From NCBI GenBank assembly GCA_964549685.1, contig CAZJVE010000014.1:1-31854 (forward strand): a stretch of 31,854 nucleotides of DNA, given 5' to 3'. Made by a program: the position numbers and the translations under genes. The stretch's first letter is position 1. The number at the start of each line of letters is the position of its first letter. Source of the DNA: an uncultured archaeon. Its GTDB lineage: Archaea; Altiarchaeota; Altiarchaeia; IMC4; QMZM01. This document shows, piece after piece, positions 8,751 to 17,926 of the stretch. Under the pieces are notes generated by a model. That model saw only the letters and a program-made list of their open reading frames with translations. It did no database searches and was not told where the DNA came from.

Positions 8751-9479
8751 ATGAAAAACGAAGAAATGAAACTTTTAGAGAATGGAAAGAGACTGGACGG
8801 ACGGGCTCTGGATGAGATAAGGGACGTGAAGATAAAAACAGGCGTCCTCAAGAGGGCTGCAGGTTCAGCCTATCTTGAATGGGGAAACAACAAGGTAATG
8901 GCAGGAGTCTATTATCCCAGAGAGATGCACCCAAAATTCATGAGGGACCCAACGAAGGCTGTCCTGAGATGTACCTATAACATGGCCCCCTTCTCTGTCG
9001 ATGACAGAAAGAGGCCTGGTCCAGACAGGAGGAGTCAGGAGATATCCAAGATTCTATCTGAAGCGCTGAGTTCGGTCGTGCTTCTGGAGGACTACCCGGA
9101 TGCGGGAATAGACGTTTCAGTGGAGATTCTGCAGGCAGATGCTGGAACAAGGTGTGCGGGCTTAACCGCTGCAGCAGTCGCAATAGCCGATGCCGGGATT
9201 CCCATGAGGGACCTGGTCAGTTCATGCGCGGCAGGAAAAATCGACGGCGAGATTGCGGTCGATTTGATGAAGGATGAGGACAACTACGGGGATAGTGACG
9301 TTCCTCTTGCGATACTCCCAAGGAAAAAGGAGGTCGTCCTGCTGCAGATGGACGGTAAAATGACTAAAGATGAGTTCAAAAAGGCGTACAAGCTTGCGTT
9401 CGACGGGGCAATGAAGGTCTACGAGGTTCAGAAGGCCGCCCTGCTCTCTTCAATGGATTCAGTGGAGGGGGGTGAGTAA
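8751..9479 (+). CDS. rrp41: Exosome catalytic subunit Rrp41
   Basis: RLDGR, GSAYLEWGNNK, YNMAPFSV, PDRRSQEIS and QADAGTRCA motifs of the RNase PH fold. Confidence 0.97.
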   Translation: MKNEEMKLLENGKRLDGRALDEIRDVKIKTGVLKRAAGSAYLEWGNNKVMAGVYYPREMHPKFMRDPTKAVLRCTYNMAPFSVDDRKRPGPDRRSQEISKILSEALSSVVLLEDYPDAGIDVSVEILQADAGTRCAGLTAAAVAIADAGIPMRDLVSSCAAGKIDGEIAVDLMKDEDNYGDSDVPLAILPRKKEVVLLQMDGKMTKDEFKKAYKLAFDGAMKVYEVQKAALLSSMDSVEGGE

Positions 9480-10260
9480 AATGGAGATGGAAGGATACCT
9501 TAGAGGCGATTATATCAGGAATATTATCAAAGAGGGTAAGAGGCTGGATAATAGAAAATTTGACGAGTACAGAAATCTTGAGATAGAGAGGGGCTATGTG
9601 GGAGAGAAGGCCTGCGGCTCGGCTTTTGTAAAGCTCGGCGATACACAGGTCCTTGCAGGGATAAGCATTGGCGCCGGTGAGCCCTATCCTGATTCCCCGG
9701 GCCAGGGAGTTATGACAACCAGCACAGAGCTCAGGCCAATCGCTTCCCCTTACTTTGAGTCGGGACCGCCCAGGCAGAATTCTATAGAACTTGCAAGAGT
9801 CATTGACAGAGGCATAAGAGAGTCAGGCGCCATTCCAACGGACAAGCTTGCCATTAATGACGAGAAGGTCTGGGTGGTCTACATAGACATCCACGTTCTT
9901 GACAACGGCGGCAACCTGATCGATGCGGGTGGAATAGCAGCAATATCAGCCCTATTGGACACAAGAATGCCGAAATTCGAGGATGACATGATTGTAAGAG
10001 GCGAGTGGGACGGAAAGCTGCCGATTGAGTGCACGCCGATTGCCTGCACCGTTGCCAAGATTGCAGACCAGTTGCTATTGGATCCAACGCAGGACGAGGA
10101 GTATGCCATGGACACGAGGCTTACAATAGCAACCACTGACACGATAAACGCGATGCAGAAGGGCGGCGGATTCGGCACCCTGACGGACAAGGATGTCGAC
10201 GATGTGGTTGAGCTTGCGTTCAGCAAAGGCAATGAGATAAGGAAGCTGGTCGAGGGATGA
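9472..10260 (+). CDS. rrp42: Exosome subunit Rrp42
   Basis: RLDNRKFDEYR, GSAFVKLGDT, FESGPP, ELARVIDRGIRES and GNLIDA. Start could be GTG 9472 or ATG 9481. Confidence 0.96.
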   Translation: MSKMEMEGYLRGDYIRNIIKEGKRLDNRKFDEYRNLEIERGYVGEKACGSAFVKLGDTQVLAGISIGAGEPYPDSPGQGVMTTSTELRPIASPYFESGPPRQNSIELARVIDRGIRESGAIPTDKLAINDEKVWVVYIDIHVLDNGGNLIDAGGIAAISALLDTRMPKFEDDMIVRGEWDGKLPIECTPIACTVAKIADQLLLDPTQDEEYAMDTRLTIATTDTINAMQKGGGFGTLTDKDVDDVVELAFSKGNEIRKLVEG

Positions 10261-10281
10261 GGGATATAAACCCTCATTTTT
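10257..10281 (+). terminator. Hairpin plus T-tract after rrp42, with a TATA-like loop
   Basis: ATGAGGG-ATATAAA-CCCTCAT followed by TTTT. Confidence 0.4.
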
Positions 10282-10294
10282 AATTCTAATAGAC

Positions 10295-11227
10295 ATGGAG
10301 CCTATTAGGGACATAGAGCTGAGTGGCAGCATTGACGAGCTTGCAAAGCAGCTCTACCAGAGTGGCGGCTTTACAGCAAAGAAATTCTCGCAGGGGGTTG
10401 ACATTCTTGAGAGAATTCTCAGGGAGGATTGTACAAGATTCCTTTCTTTTCCTGCATGCATAATATCCACCGGAACAAGGGGAGTCATCAGGGAGATGGT
10501 GAAGCGGAAGATGACCGACTGCATCATTACGACGTGCGGGACGCTGGACCATGATTTAGCGAGGGTCTGGAAGGACTACTATCAGGGAAGCTTCATGCTC
10601 GATGACAGGGAGCTGCACAAGAAGGGTTTGAACAGGCTGGGGAATATTCTGATTCCGAACGAATCATATGGAATAGTTCTTGAAGAGAAAATTCAACCAA
10701 TGATTGAGGATATTTATTCCAGTGAAAAGGAGATTTCACCTTATGAATTGATATGGAAAATTGGTGAGAATTTGAAGAGTGAAAAGAACAAAGAATCCTC
10801 GATAATCTACTGGGCATACAAGAACAAAATCCCTGTGTTTGTGCCCGGCATCTTCGATGGGGCTTTCGGGCACCAGCTCTGGATGTTCTGGCAGAACCAC
10901 AAGGACTTCAGGCTGAATCTGTTCGAGGACGAGCAGAAACTTGCCGATATTACATTCGATGCCAAGAAAACAGGAGCATTAATAATCGGTGGGGGCATAG
11001 CAAAACACCACACAATATGGTGGAACCAGTTTCAAGGCGGTTTAGAGTATGCAGTCTATATAACTACTGCACAGGAATTCGACGGCAGCCTCTCCGGGGC
11101 AAGGCCCAGAGAAGCGATATCCTGGGGCAAGCTCAAGGAGGACGCTAAATTCGTAACAGTTGATGGGGATGCGACCCTTATCCTGCCATTAATGATTTCT
11201 GCTTTACTTGAGAGATTGAGAAAATGA
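10295..11227 (+). CDS. dys: Deoxyhypusine synthase
   Basis: GLNRLGNILIPNESY, GGGIAKHH and DGSLSGARPREAISWGK (catalytic Lys). Confidence 0.96.
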   Translation: MEPIRDIELSGSIDELAKQLYQSGGFTAKKFSQGVDILERILREDCTRFLSFPACIISTGTRGVIREMVKRKMTDCIITTCGTLDHDLARVWKDYYQGSFMLDDRELHKKGLNRLGNILIPNESYGIVLEEKIQPMIEDIYSSEKEISPYELIWKIGENLKSEKNKESSIIYWAYKNKIPVFVPGIFDGAFGHQLWMFWQNHKDFRLNLFEDEQKLADITFDAKKTGALIIGGGIAKHHTIWWNQFQGGLEYAVYITTAQEFDGSLSGARPREAISWGKLKEDAKFVTVDGDATLILPLMISALLERLRK

Positions 11228-11239
11228 GTTAACTCCAGT

Positions 11240-12955
11240 CTAATGTTTATGATGCTGGGGGTGCTCGTGTCCCCTCTCCTTTCTGTTGCGTAAATATTTA
11301 ATGTGAGTGGCCCTCTCTTTTAAAAATTCATCAAGATTTAACTCATATTTTTCAATTAGCGTAGAGGAGTGATGTCCTCCTAAAAAGTGAGGCATAATGA
11401 CATAGGTTGCACCAGTACCATATAATTTTATAGCTTCATCTATCTGGTGGGAAACAACAATTATAACCGCTTCTTTATTGGAGTTTCTGATTTTATTAAT
11501 TAGGAAAAGATTTGTATCAAAGTCAGGTATCGTGGAGATCATCATCTTCACTTTTGCCAGATTTAATTCATTCAATAAGTCAACATCGCTCGCGTCACCA
11601 TATCTGCAATGCACTTCTTCTTTTGCCAAATCTATTACGATTTCTGGATTATAATCCACAACCAGAACTCCTTTCTTGGTTTTTTTGAATGATTCTAGTA
11701 AGTCGTAACCGATGCGGTCACATCCAAAAATGATAATATCATAGATTCCATCCTTATGATACTTATGTTCATCGACTTTTTTACCCTTTCTTTCAAACAC
11801 CCCCAGATACTTTGATATATGAGGGTATATCCTATTTGCATAAAGGATCATATAGGTAGAGCCAGCAATAGTTATTAAGCCAACAGCAGTTACAAAAGAT
11901 AAAATTTCATTGGTTAGATGTCCTATTTTGACCCCTAGGGCAATAAGAATCAAAGAGAACTCGCTTATTTGGGCTACGGTCAATCCTGCTAAAAAACCGT
12001 TTCTTCTGGTATAACCGAGCAAACCCATCAATATTATCACAATCAATGGGTTTCCGATTAATATGAATGCTGAAAATATTAGTATGTGAGTTATGTACTG
12101 ACTTATATCTGCAAAAACCATCTGAGCGCCCAACAATATAAAAAATAGGACAATAAAAAAATCGCGTAATGGTTTCATCTTTGAACTGATTTCATATCGG
12201 TACGGAGTCAATGATAAGGTAACGCCTGCCAATAGCGCTCCTATTTCCATTGAAAAGTTTATATAATGAAAGAGAGACGCTAATGCCAGACACCAGGAGA
12301 TTGAAAACAACAATAAAAATTCCTGTGATTTTGCAATGAATTTTGTTATTGTTGGAAGCACGTAAATGCCTGCCAGGAACAATAGCATTAACAAACCAAC
12401 TCCTTTAAAAATTGTTTCAAAAGCTAGAGTAGTAAAATTGAATTCTCCGACCGGGATTGACGAGACAATCATCAGAATGAGTACTGCAGCTAAATCCTGA
12501 ACAATTAAAAATCCGATAGCTATCTTACCATATAATGTTCCAGTATCTCCCTTATCTGATAGGAGCTTCATGATTATTATGGTGCTGCTGAATGTTAAGG
12601 CAATAGCGACATATAGAGAGGCTATCGCAGAAAAACCCAATAGTTTGCCTATGGAAAATCCGACGAGGGAGGTAAATATAATCTGACCAATTCCTGTAAT
12701 CAATGAAATTTTACCTACCTCCTTTATGACTTTAGGAGTTAAACCCAAACCAACTATAAAAAGAATTAACGCCACACCTATATGGGAGAGTATGGTTATT
12801 GTTTCTATTGAACGGACAATGTTAAGAAAGTAAGGGCCAAGTATTATGCCTGCAAAAATATAAGCAATTATTAGGGGTTGTTTTAATAATCGCATTATTC
12901 CTGCAAGTAGAGTAGTGATAACAATGATTATACCAATCTCTATAAACGGATCCAT
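11240..12955 (-). CDS. CPA2 cation:proton antiporter with C-terminal RCK/TrkA-N domain (Kef-type)
   Basis: About 12 TM segments with FSSTIII, LIVQD and QISEFS. RCK domain with VVDYNPE and YGDASD. GGGAGG SD upstream. DNA is markedly AT-rich. Confidence 0.92.
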   Translation of the reverse strand: MDPFIEIGIIIVITTLLAGIMRLLKQPLIIAYIFAGIILGPYFLNIVRSIETITILSHIGVALILFIVGLGLTPKVIKEVGKISLITGIGQIIFTSLVGFSIGKLLGFSAIASLYVAIALTFSSTIIIMKLLSDKGDTGTLYGKIAIGFLIVQDLAAVLILMIVSSIPVGEFNFTTLAFETIFKGVGLLMLLFLAGIYVLPTITKFIAKSQEFLLLFSISWCLALASLFHYINFSMEIGALLAGVTLSLTPYRYEISSKMKPLRDFFIVLFFILLGAQMVFADISQYITHILIFSAFILIGNPLIVIILMGLLGYTRRNGFLAGLTVAQISEFSLILIALGVKIGHLTNEILSFVTAVGLITIAGSTYMILYANRIYPHISKYLGVFERKGKKVDEHKYHKDGIYDIIIFGCDRIGYDLLESFKKTKKGVLVVDYNPEIVIDLAKEEVHCRYGDASDVDLLNELNLAKVKMMISTIPDFDTNLFLINKIRNSNKEAVIIVVSHQIDEAIKLYGTGATYVIMPHFLGGHHSSTLIEKYELNLDEFLKERATHIKYLRNRKERGHEHPQHHKH

Positions 12956-12990
12956 AGTTATATTCCTCCCTTTTATTTAATCTACTGTAT

Positions 12991-13010
12991 TTTAAATCTT
13001 GGGATTTAAA
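12991..13010. promoter_or_regulatory. Inverted repeat TTTAAATC-TTGG-GATTTAAA between divergent antiporter genes
   Basis: Perfect 8-bp inverted repeat whose arms are TATA-like. Confidence 0.4.
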
Positions 13011-13018
13011 GTGTTAAA

Positions 13019-14098
13019 ATGCGAGAAATCATCATAGCAACACTCTTTATAGTGATGAGCGGTTTTATTGCCATAGAGCTGGGGATGAGTGCCGCGATAA
13101 TTGAGGTAGTCGCTGGGATTCTTGCCAAAGAGATAATCTCTTTCGAATCGACTGAGATTATAGACCTGCTTGCCAATATTGGAATCATAACCCTGATGTA
13201 TGTTGCTGGATTAGAGATTGATATTGACCTGCTTAAACAGAACCTCAAGCCCGCTTTTACGATAGGCTCCATCTCGTTTGCGATGCCATTCACCGCCGTA
13301 TTCCTTGTATCGATCTATCTCCTGGGCCTGAGTCAGCAGCAGTCGCTCATTGCAGGCATAGCCCTGTCAGCCACGTCGATACCGATGATATACTCGATTA
13401 TGAAAACGGCGGGCTTCTCCATCGCCAGGAAGAGGCTAATACTCTCGATTGCGATGATTAACGACATCCTGAGCATGGCCTTCCTCAGCATATTCTTCTC
13501 AGGGATATCGATACCATTAATCGGTCTCGTGCTGGGGCTGTTCATCTTCGCCTATACGTTCCCCATGTTCGGCAGGAGGGTGTTCAGGCACTTCAAGGGG
13601 AATGTAGTAGAATTCGAGTTCAAGGCCATCCTTCTTCTGCTTCTTGGCGTCGCCATCATATCCGAGCAGGTCGGTGTGGAAGCCGCATTGATTGCCTTCC
13701 TCATGGGAATGATAACCGCAGAGGTTGTCGTAAAGCATGAAACCCTTGTAATGAAACTTAACGGCATAGTCTTCGGGTTCTTTGCCCCGATATTCTTCTT
13801 CAAGGTAGGTCTGGCCATAGGGTTATCCGACCTCCTGGGGAATCTGGTTCCCTTAACGGTGTTACTTCTGGCAGCCTTTTTGTCCAGGTATCTTGGGATA
13901 TATCTTGGGGGTAGGATGTATGCAAAAAAGAAGGCCAAGTTTGTCGCTGCGCTTCTGAATTCCCGCCTCTCTCTCGGAATAATTGCCACCCTTCTTGGAT
14001 ATGAACTGGAAATAATCTCAGAGGGCATCTATTCAGCCATAATAGGCGCCATTATACTCTCAGCCATCCTGTCGTCCGTCCTGTGCAAGAGGTATTGA
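13019..14098 (+). CDS. Cation:proton antiporter (CPA2/NapA-like, no RCK domain)
   Basis: Multi-TM protein with AGLEID, ALSATS, MINDI and FFAPIFFFKVG motifs. Confidence 0.88.
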   Translation: MREIIIATLFIVMSGFIAIELGMSAAIIEVVAGILAKEIISFESTEIIDLLANIGIITLMYVAGLEIDIDLLKQNLKPAFTIGSISFAMPFTAVFLVSIYLLGLSQQQSLIAGIALSATSIPMIYSIMKTAGFSIARKRLILSIAMINDILSMAFLSIFFSGISIPLIGLVLGLFIFAYTFPMFGRRVFRHFKGNVVEFEFKAILLLLLGVAIISEQVGVEAALIAFLMGMITAEVVVKHETLVMKLNGIVFGFFAPIFFFKVGLAIGLSDLLGNLVPLTVLLLAAFLSRYLGIYLGGRMYAKKKAKFVAALLNSRLSLGIIATLLGYELEIISEGIYSAIIGAIILSAILSSVLCKRY

Positions 14099-14099
14099 A

Positions 14100-14885
14100 A
14101 TGATTTATCTGAGAAAGTCGTTCGTGGAAAGCTGTCCGATAGAGGAAGCCGATGTCTGCCTGCTGGGAATTCCCTTCGACTCAACATCCATAAGCCACGG
14201 CAGCAGGTTCGGTCCCGCTGCTATCAGGGAGGCCCTGAAGGACGTGGAGGGCTATGATTCTGAAACAGGAGTGAGTCCGTTCGAGAAGCTGAGGATTGCA
14301 GACCTTGGAGATGTCGAGGTTGTTCCCGGTTCATATAAGCTGACGGCTGAGAGGATAGTGGATACTATGGGGTGGGTAAGGGAGCAGAACCCGGAGGCAT
14401 TTGTCCTGTCGCTTGGCGGGGAGCATCTCGTTTCCTTGCCTGTGATAGAAACCCTGAAACCAGAGACCGTTTTACAGTTCGATGCGCATGCAGACTTGCG
14501 GGAGGACTTCATCGGGAAGAAATACTCCCACGCCGACTGGGCGCACTACGTAGCAAAGGATTTTAATTTAGTTCAAAGAGGTATCAGAAGTTACTCTAAA
14601 GAGGAAAAAGATTCTGTGGATAAATTAAATAATAACAAAATCTCCGGCCCGACATACCTGACGGTCGACATGGACGTCTTCGACCCGGCCATCGCCCCGG
14701 AGACGGGGCTGCCTGAGCCATCAGGATGGAAATTCGATGATTTTATTGAAAATTTAAATTTATTGAAGGATAAGAATTTGATTGGGGCCGATATAGTGGA
14801 ATTTTCTCCAAAGGGATTCAATTCCCCCACGGCCTTCCTTGCAGCAAACGTCATCAAGAAGATTCTATCTATCCTTTCACCCTGA
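14100..14885 (+). CDS. speB: Agmatinase (ureohydrolase family)
   Basis: GIPFDST, GSRFGPAAIR, LGGEH, FDAHADL and VDMDVFDP-x-APETGLPEP metal-binding motifs. Confidence 0.88.
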   Translation: MIYLRKSFVESCPIEEADVCLLGIPFDSTSISHGSRFGPAAIREALKDVEGYDSETGVSPFEKLRIADLGDVEVVPGSYKLTAERIVDTMGWVREQNPEAFVLSLGGEHLVSLPVIETLKPETVLQFDAHADLREDFIGKKYSHADWAHYVAKDFNLVQRGIRSYSKEEKDSVDKLNNNKISGPTYLTVDMDVFDPAIAPETGLPEPSGWKFDDFIENLNLLKDKNLIGADIVEFSPKGFNSPTAFLAANVIKKILSILSP

Positions 14886-15318
14886 AAAAGAGCCAGTTCT
14901 TTGGTTCGTTCTTTAGCCGGATGAGTGCGAAGCTGCCTTTCATTTTGTTTCCATGGAGATTAAAAAGGAGCTTGTCTTCCTTCTCTTCCTCAAGGTCGTA
15001 GGTTCCGCTGTCCCATATCTCAACTGTTCCTGCCCCGTACTCTCCCTCGACTATTTCCCCCTTGAAGCCCGCATAGTCCAGGGGATGGTCCTCGGTCTGG
15101 ATAGCGAGCCTCTTGATTCCATCCTTCTGCGGCGGCTCCTTTGGAACGGCCCAGCTCTTCAGGATGCCATTCATCTCCAGCCTCAAATCGTAGTGGAGAT
15201 TCCTGGCCTGGTGCTTCTGGATTACGAAGACGTTGCCGTGCTCTGAACTTTTCTCTTCGCCTTTTGGTTCAGAGGTCTTCTCGAAATCCCTCTTCCGGTT
15301 GTATTCGTCGAGAGGCAT
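14869..15318 (-). CDS. Stand-alone LigD 3'-phosphoesterase (PE) domain protein
   Basis: EYNRKRDFEKTSEP, FVIQKHQARNLHYDLRLE, LKSWAVPK, RLAIQTEDHPLDY and YGAGTVEIWDSG. ATG at 15318. Confidence 0.93.
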   Translation of the reverse strand: MPLDEYNRKRDFEKTSEPKGEEKSSEHGNVFVIQKHQARNLHYDLRLEMNGILKSWAVPKEPPQKDGIKRLAIQTEDHPLDYAGFKGEIVEGEYGAGTVEIWDSGTYDLEEEKEDKLLFNLHGNKMKGSFALIRLKNEPKNWLFFRVKG

Positions 15319-15353
15319 GGTGATAATATAACGAATCACTCGGATATATAACC

Positions 15354-16187
15354 ATGGTAATGATAAGAAAGGCCAGCGGGGACATGGAGGAATTCAACCC
15401 GCAGAAGGTAGTTACGGCAATCATCCGCTCTGGAGGGACTCCCGACGTTGCTGACAATGTGATAAAGAAGCTGGAGAAGAAACTCTACAAGGGAATCTCG
15501 ACGAGGGAAATCTATAAGATTACGTTCAGGATTCTGGACAAGGAACAGCCGTCCCTGGCTTCCAGATACGACCTCAAGGGGGCAATAATGCGGCTGGGTC
15601 CTGCGGGATTCCCCTTCGAGACCTATCTGGCCGAGGTTCTTGCAGAGCACGATTATGATGTCAAACTGAGGCAGAACATCAAGGGTAAGTGTGTGGGGCA
15701 TGAGATAGACATCGTCCTCAACAGGGGCAATGAGCATACGATAGTCGAATGCAAGTACCATAACGAGTATGGAATCTATACGGGGCTGAAGGCCACCCTC
15801 TACACATATGCAAGGTTCCTCGACCTCGAGGAATGCGCCAAGGAGAGTAAATGTAAGAATTTCACAGGAGTATGGCTGGCAACCAATACCAAATTCTCGT
15901 TTGATGCGATACAGTATGCAAAATGCAGGGGGGTAAAGCTCCTTGGATGGAGATACCCCAAGGGGGAGGGGATAGAGAACCTGATAGAGTCAAAGGGACT
16001 TTATCCCATAACGATACTGCGCAAGGTTAACAGAAAATCCAAGGAAAAACTGTCTGATGCCAATATGATGCTCCTGAAGGACCTGACCGAGAAGAGTCCG
16101 GCAGAGATTTCATCAAGGACCGGGATAAAGGAGGGGAAGCTCAGGGACATCATCGATGAGGCGAGAGGGATTGTTGTTAAGGATTAG
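15354..16187 (+). CDS. ATP-cone domain plus Mrr-like PD-(D/E)xK endonuclease protein
   Basis: N-terminal IRKASGDMEEFNPQKV ATP cone; LGPAGFPFE, HEIDIV and VECKYHN nuclease motifs; C-terminal helical segment after GLYPITIL. Confidence 0.88.
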   Translation: MVMIRKASGDMEEFNPQKVVTAIIRSGGTPDVADNVIKKLEKKLYKGISTREIYKITFRILDKEQPSLASRYDLKGAIMRLGPAGFPFETYLAEVLAEHDYDVKLRQNIKGKCVGHEIDIVLNRGNEHTIVECKYHNEYGIYTGLKATLYTYARFLDLEECAKESKCKNFTGVWLATNTKFSFDAIQYAKCRGVKLLGWRYPKGEGIENLIESKGLYPITILRKVNRKSKEKLSDANMMLLKDLTEKSPAEISSRTGIKEGKLRDIIDEARGIVVKD

Positions 16188-16807
16188 AGCCGGGCTGAAG
16201 GGCACAGGTCGTTGAGAATGCATTCACTGCACCTGGGCCTTCTTGCTATGCATGTTTCCCTTCCGTGCATTATGAGAAGGTGGGAAAGATTCATCCAGTC
16301 CTTTTTCGGCGTGAGTTGCATCAGGTCCTGCTCTATCTTGACGGGGTCTTTGTTCTTTGTTAAGCCAAGCAGCCGTGATAGCCTCGTGACGTGTGTGTCG
16401 ACGGCGATGCCCTCGACTATTCCGTAGCCGGCCTGCAGGACGATGTTTGCCGTCTTTCTTGCCACTCCCGGGAGGGTGATTAATTCCTCCATTGTTTTAG
16501 GGACTCTGGAATTAAAATCTTCTACTAGAATTTTACAGCAATTTATTATATTCTTGGCCTTATTCCTGTAGAACCCAGTTGACCTAATATCCCGCTGGAA
16601 TTCCTCAGGGTCCGCGTGGGCATAGTCCTCCACTGTTTTGTATTTCTTGAAGAGTTCCTTCGTCACGAGGTTCACTCTCTTGTCCGTGCACTGGGCAGAG
16701 AGTATTGTTGCTATAAGAATCTCAAGCGGGTTTTTGTAACGGAGAGCCGTCCGGGGTTTGTATTTCTTTTTAAGGCGTTTTAGAATTCCCCCAACCTTCT
16801 GTTTCAT
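16184..16807 (-). CDS. nth: Endonuclease III
   Basis: LIATILSAQCTDKRVN, LPGVARKTANIV, AVDTHV and the FeS motif CIARRPRCSECILNDLCP. Confidence 0.97.
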   Translation of the reverse strand: MKQKVGGILKRLKKKYKPRTALRYKNPLEILIATILSAQCTDKRVNLVTKELFKKYKTVEDYAHADPEEFQRDIRSTGFYRNKAKNIINCCKILVEDFNSRVPKTMEELITLPGVARKTANIVLQAGYGIVEGIAVDTHVTRLSRLLGLTKNKDPVKIEQDLMQLTPKKDWMNLSHLLIMHGRETCIARRPRCSECILNDLCPSARL

Positions 16808-17844
16808 TCTTTCCTCAGGTAGACGGTCCTAGCAGGGAACGGAATCTCGATTCCTGCCTTGTTCAACTCGTCATAGAGCTCAGAGGTTATCTCATCAGTC
16901 ACGTTGAATTTGTCCCGGAAATCATCAACCCAGACGATGAGCTGGAGGTTCAATGAAGAATCTCCCATCTCCAGGAAATATATGCTGGGCTCGGGGTCGT
17001 CAAGAACAATTTTGGACTTCTTTGCTATCCTCATGGCCAGCTTCTTTACTTCATCTACGTCAGAGCCGTATGCGACTCCAAAGGGAATTCTCACCTTTAT
17101 CTGGAGATTCGGGAGGGCGTAATTCGTGACTTCGTTAGAGATTAGCTTGGAGTTGGGTATTATTATAAGGGTATGGTCCAGCGTCTCTATCTTTGTGCTC
17201 CTGAGGCCAACGTCAATCACCTCGCCCAGAAAGCCCCCCATCTCAATCCGGTCGCCCTTCTTGAAGGGCCGGTCTGCAAGGATGAAGAACCCGGCAATTA
17301 CATTGGATATGCTCTCCTGGGCAGCAAAGCCGATTGCGAATCCCGCTATCCCGCCCATTGCTACCAAGGGAGTTATGTCGATTCCAAGCTGCGATAGAAT
17401 AATCATGAATGCTATGACATATACCGCAAAGTAGGCAATCTTGGAAAGGAACGGAATCGCCTCATCATCTATGGTGCTCTTCGTCTTCTTTGCCAGTCTC
17501 TTGCCAAAGGAGTAGATGAATATCTGCACAACTCCTGCAACAACCCATGAGGATATCACAATAATCATGACTAGAATGAATTTGTCGACCATCCCGGCAT
17601 ATTCTATAGGAATCGAAACCTGCTTCAATGCAACCATCAGGCCAACGAGGATTATGATATAGTAGAGGGGGCCCTTGAGTATCTCGATAATCTTGTCATC
17701 AGTATCGGAATTGGTTCGTTTTGCCCTTGCTTTTACATAGTTCTCGACTACGAAATCGGAGATTTTCGCTATAATGGCAGAGGTTATGACAATGAAGAAT
17801 GCGATTACCAGTTCCTCCAGACTGATGTTAAACTGGGCAGACAT
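16804..17844 (-). CDS. mscS: Small-conductance mechanosensitive channel
   Basis: AIGFAAQESISNVIAG, DRPFKKGDRI, IIPNS, GVAYGSD and GIEIPFP. Confidence 0.95.
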   Translation of the reverse strand: MSAQFNISLEELVIAFFIVITSAIIAKISDFVVENYVKARAKRTNSDTDDKIIEILKGPLYYIIILVGLMVALKQVSIPIEYAGMVDKFILVMIIVISSWVVAGVVQIFIYSFGKRLAKKTKSTIDDEAIPFLSKIAYFAVYVIAFMIILSQLGIDITPLVAMGGIAGFAIGFAAQESISNVIAGFFILADRPFKKGDRIEMGGFLGEVIDVGLRSTKIETLDHTLIIIPNSKLISNEVTNYALPNLQIKVRIPFGVAYGSDVDEVKKLAMRIAKKSKIVLDDPEPSIYFLEMGDSSLNLQLIVWVDDFRDKFNVTDEITSELYDELNKAGIEIPFPARTVYLRKE

Positions 17845-17926
17845 ATTAGATTATGGTGGATGAGCTTAATAAATCATAGAACTTGTCGCGACTGATACCT
17901 GATTTGCTCAAAATGTGCCCTGATTG

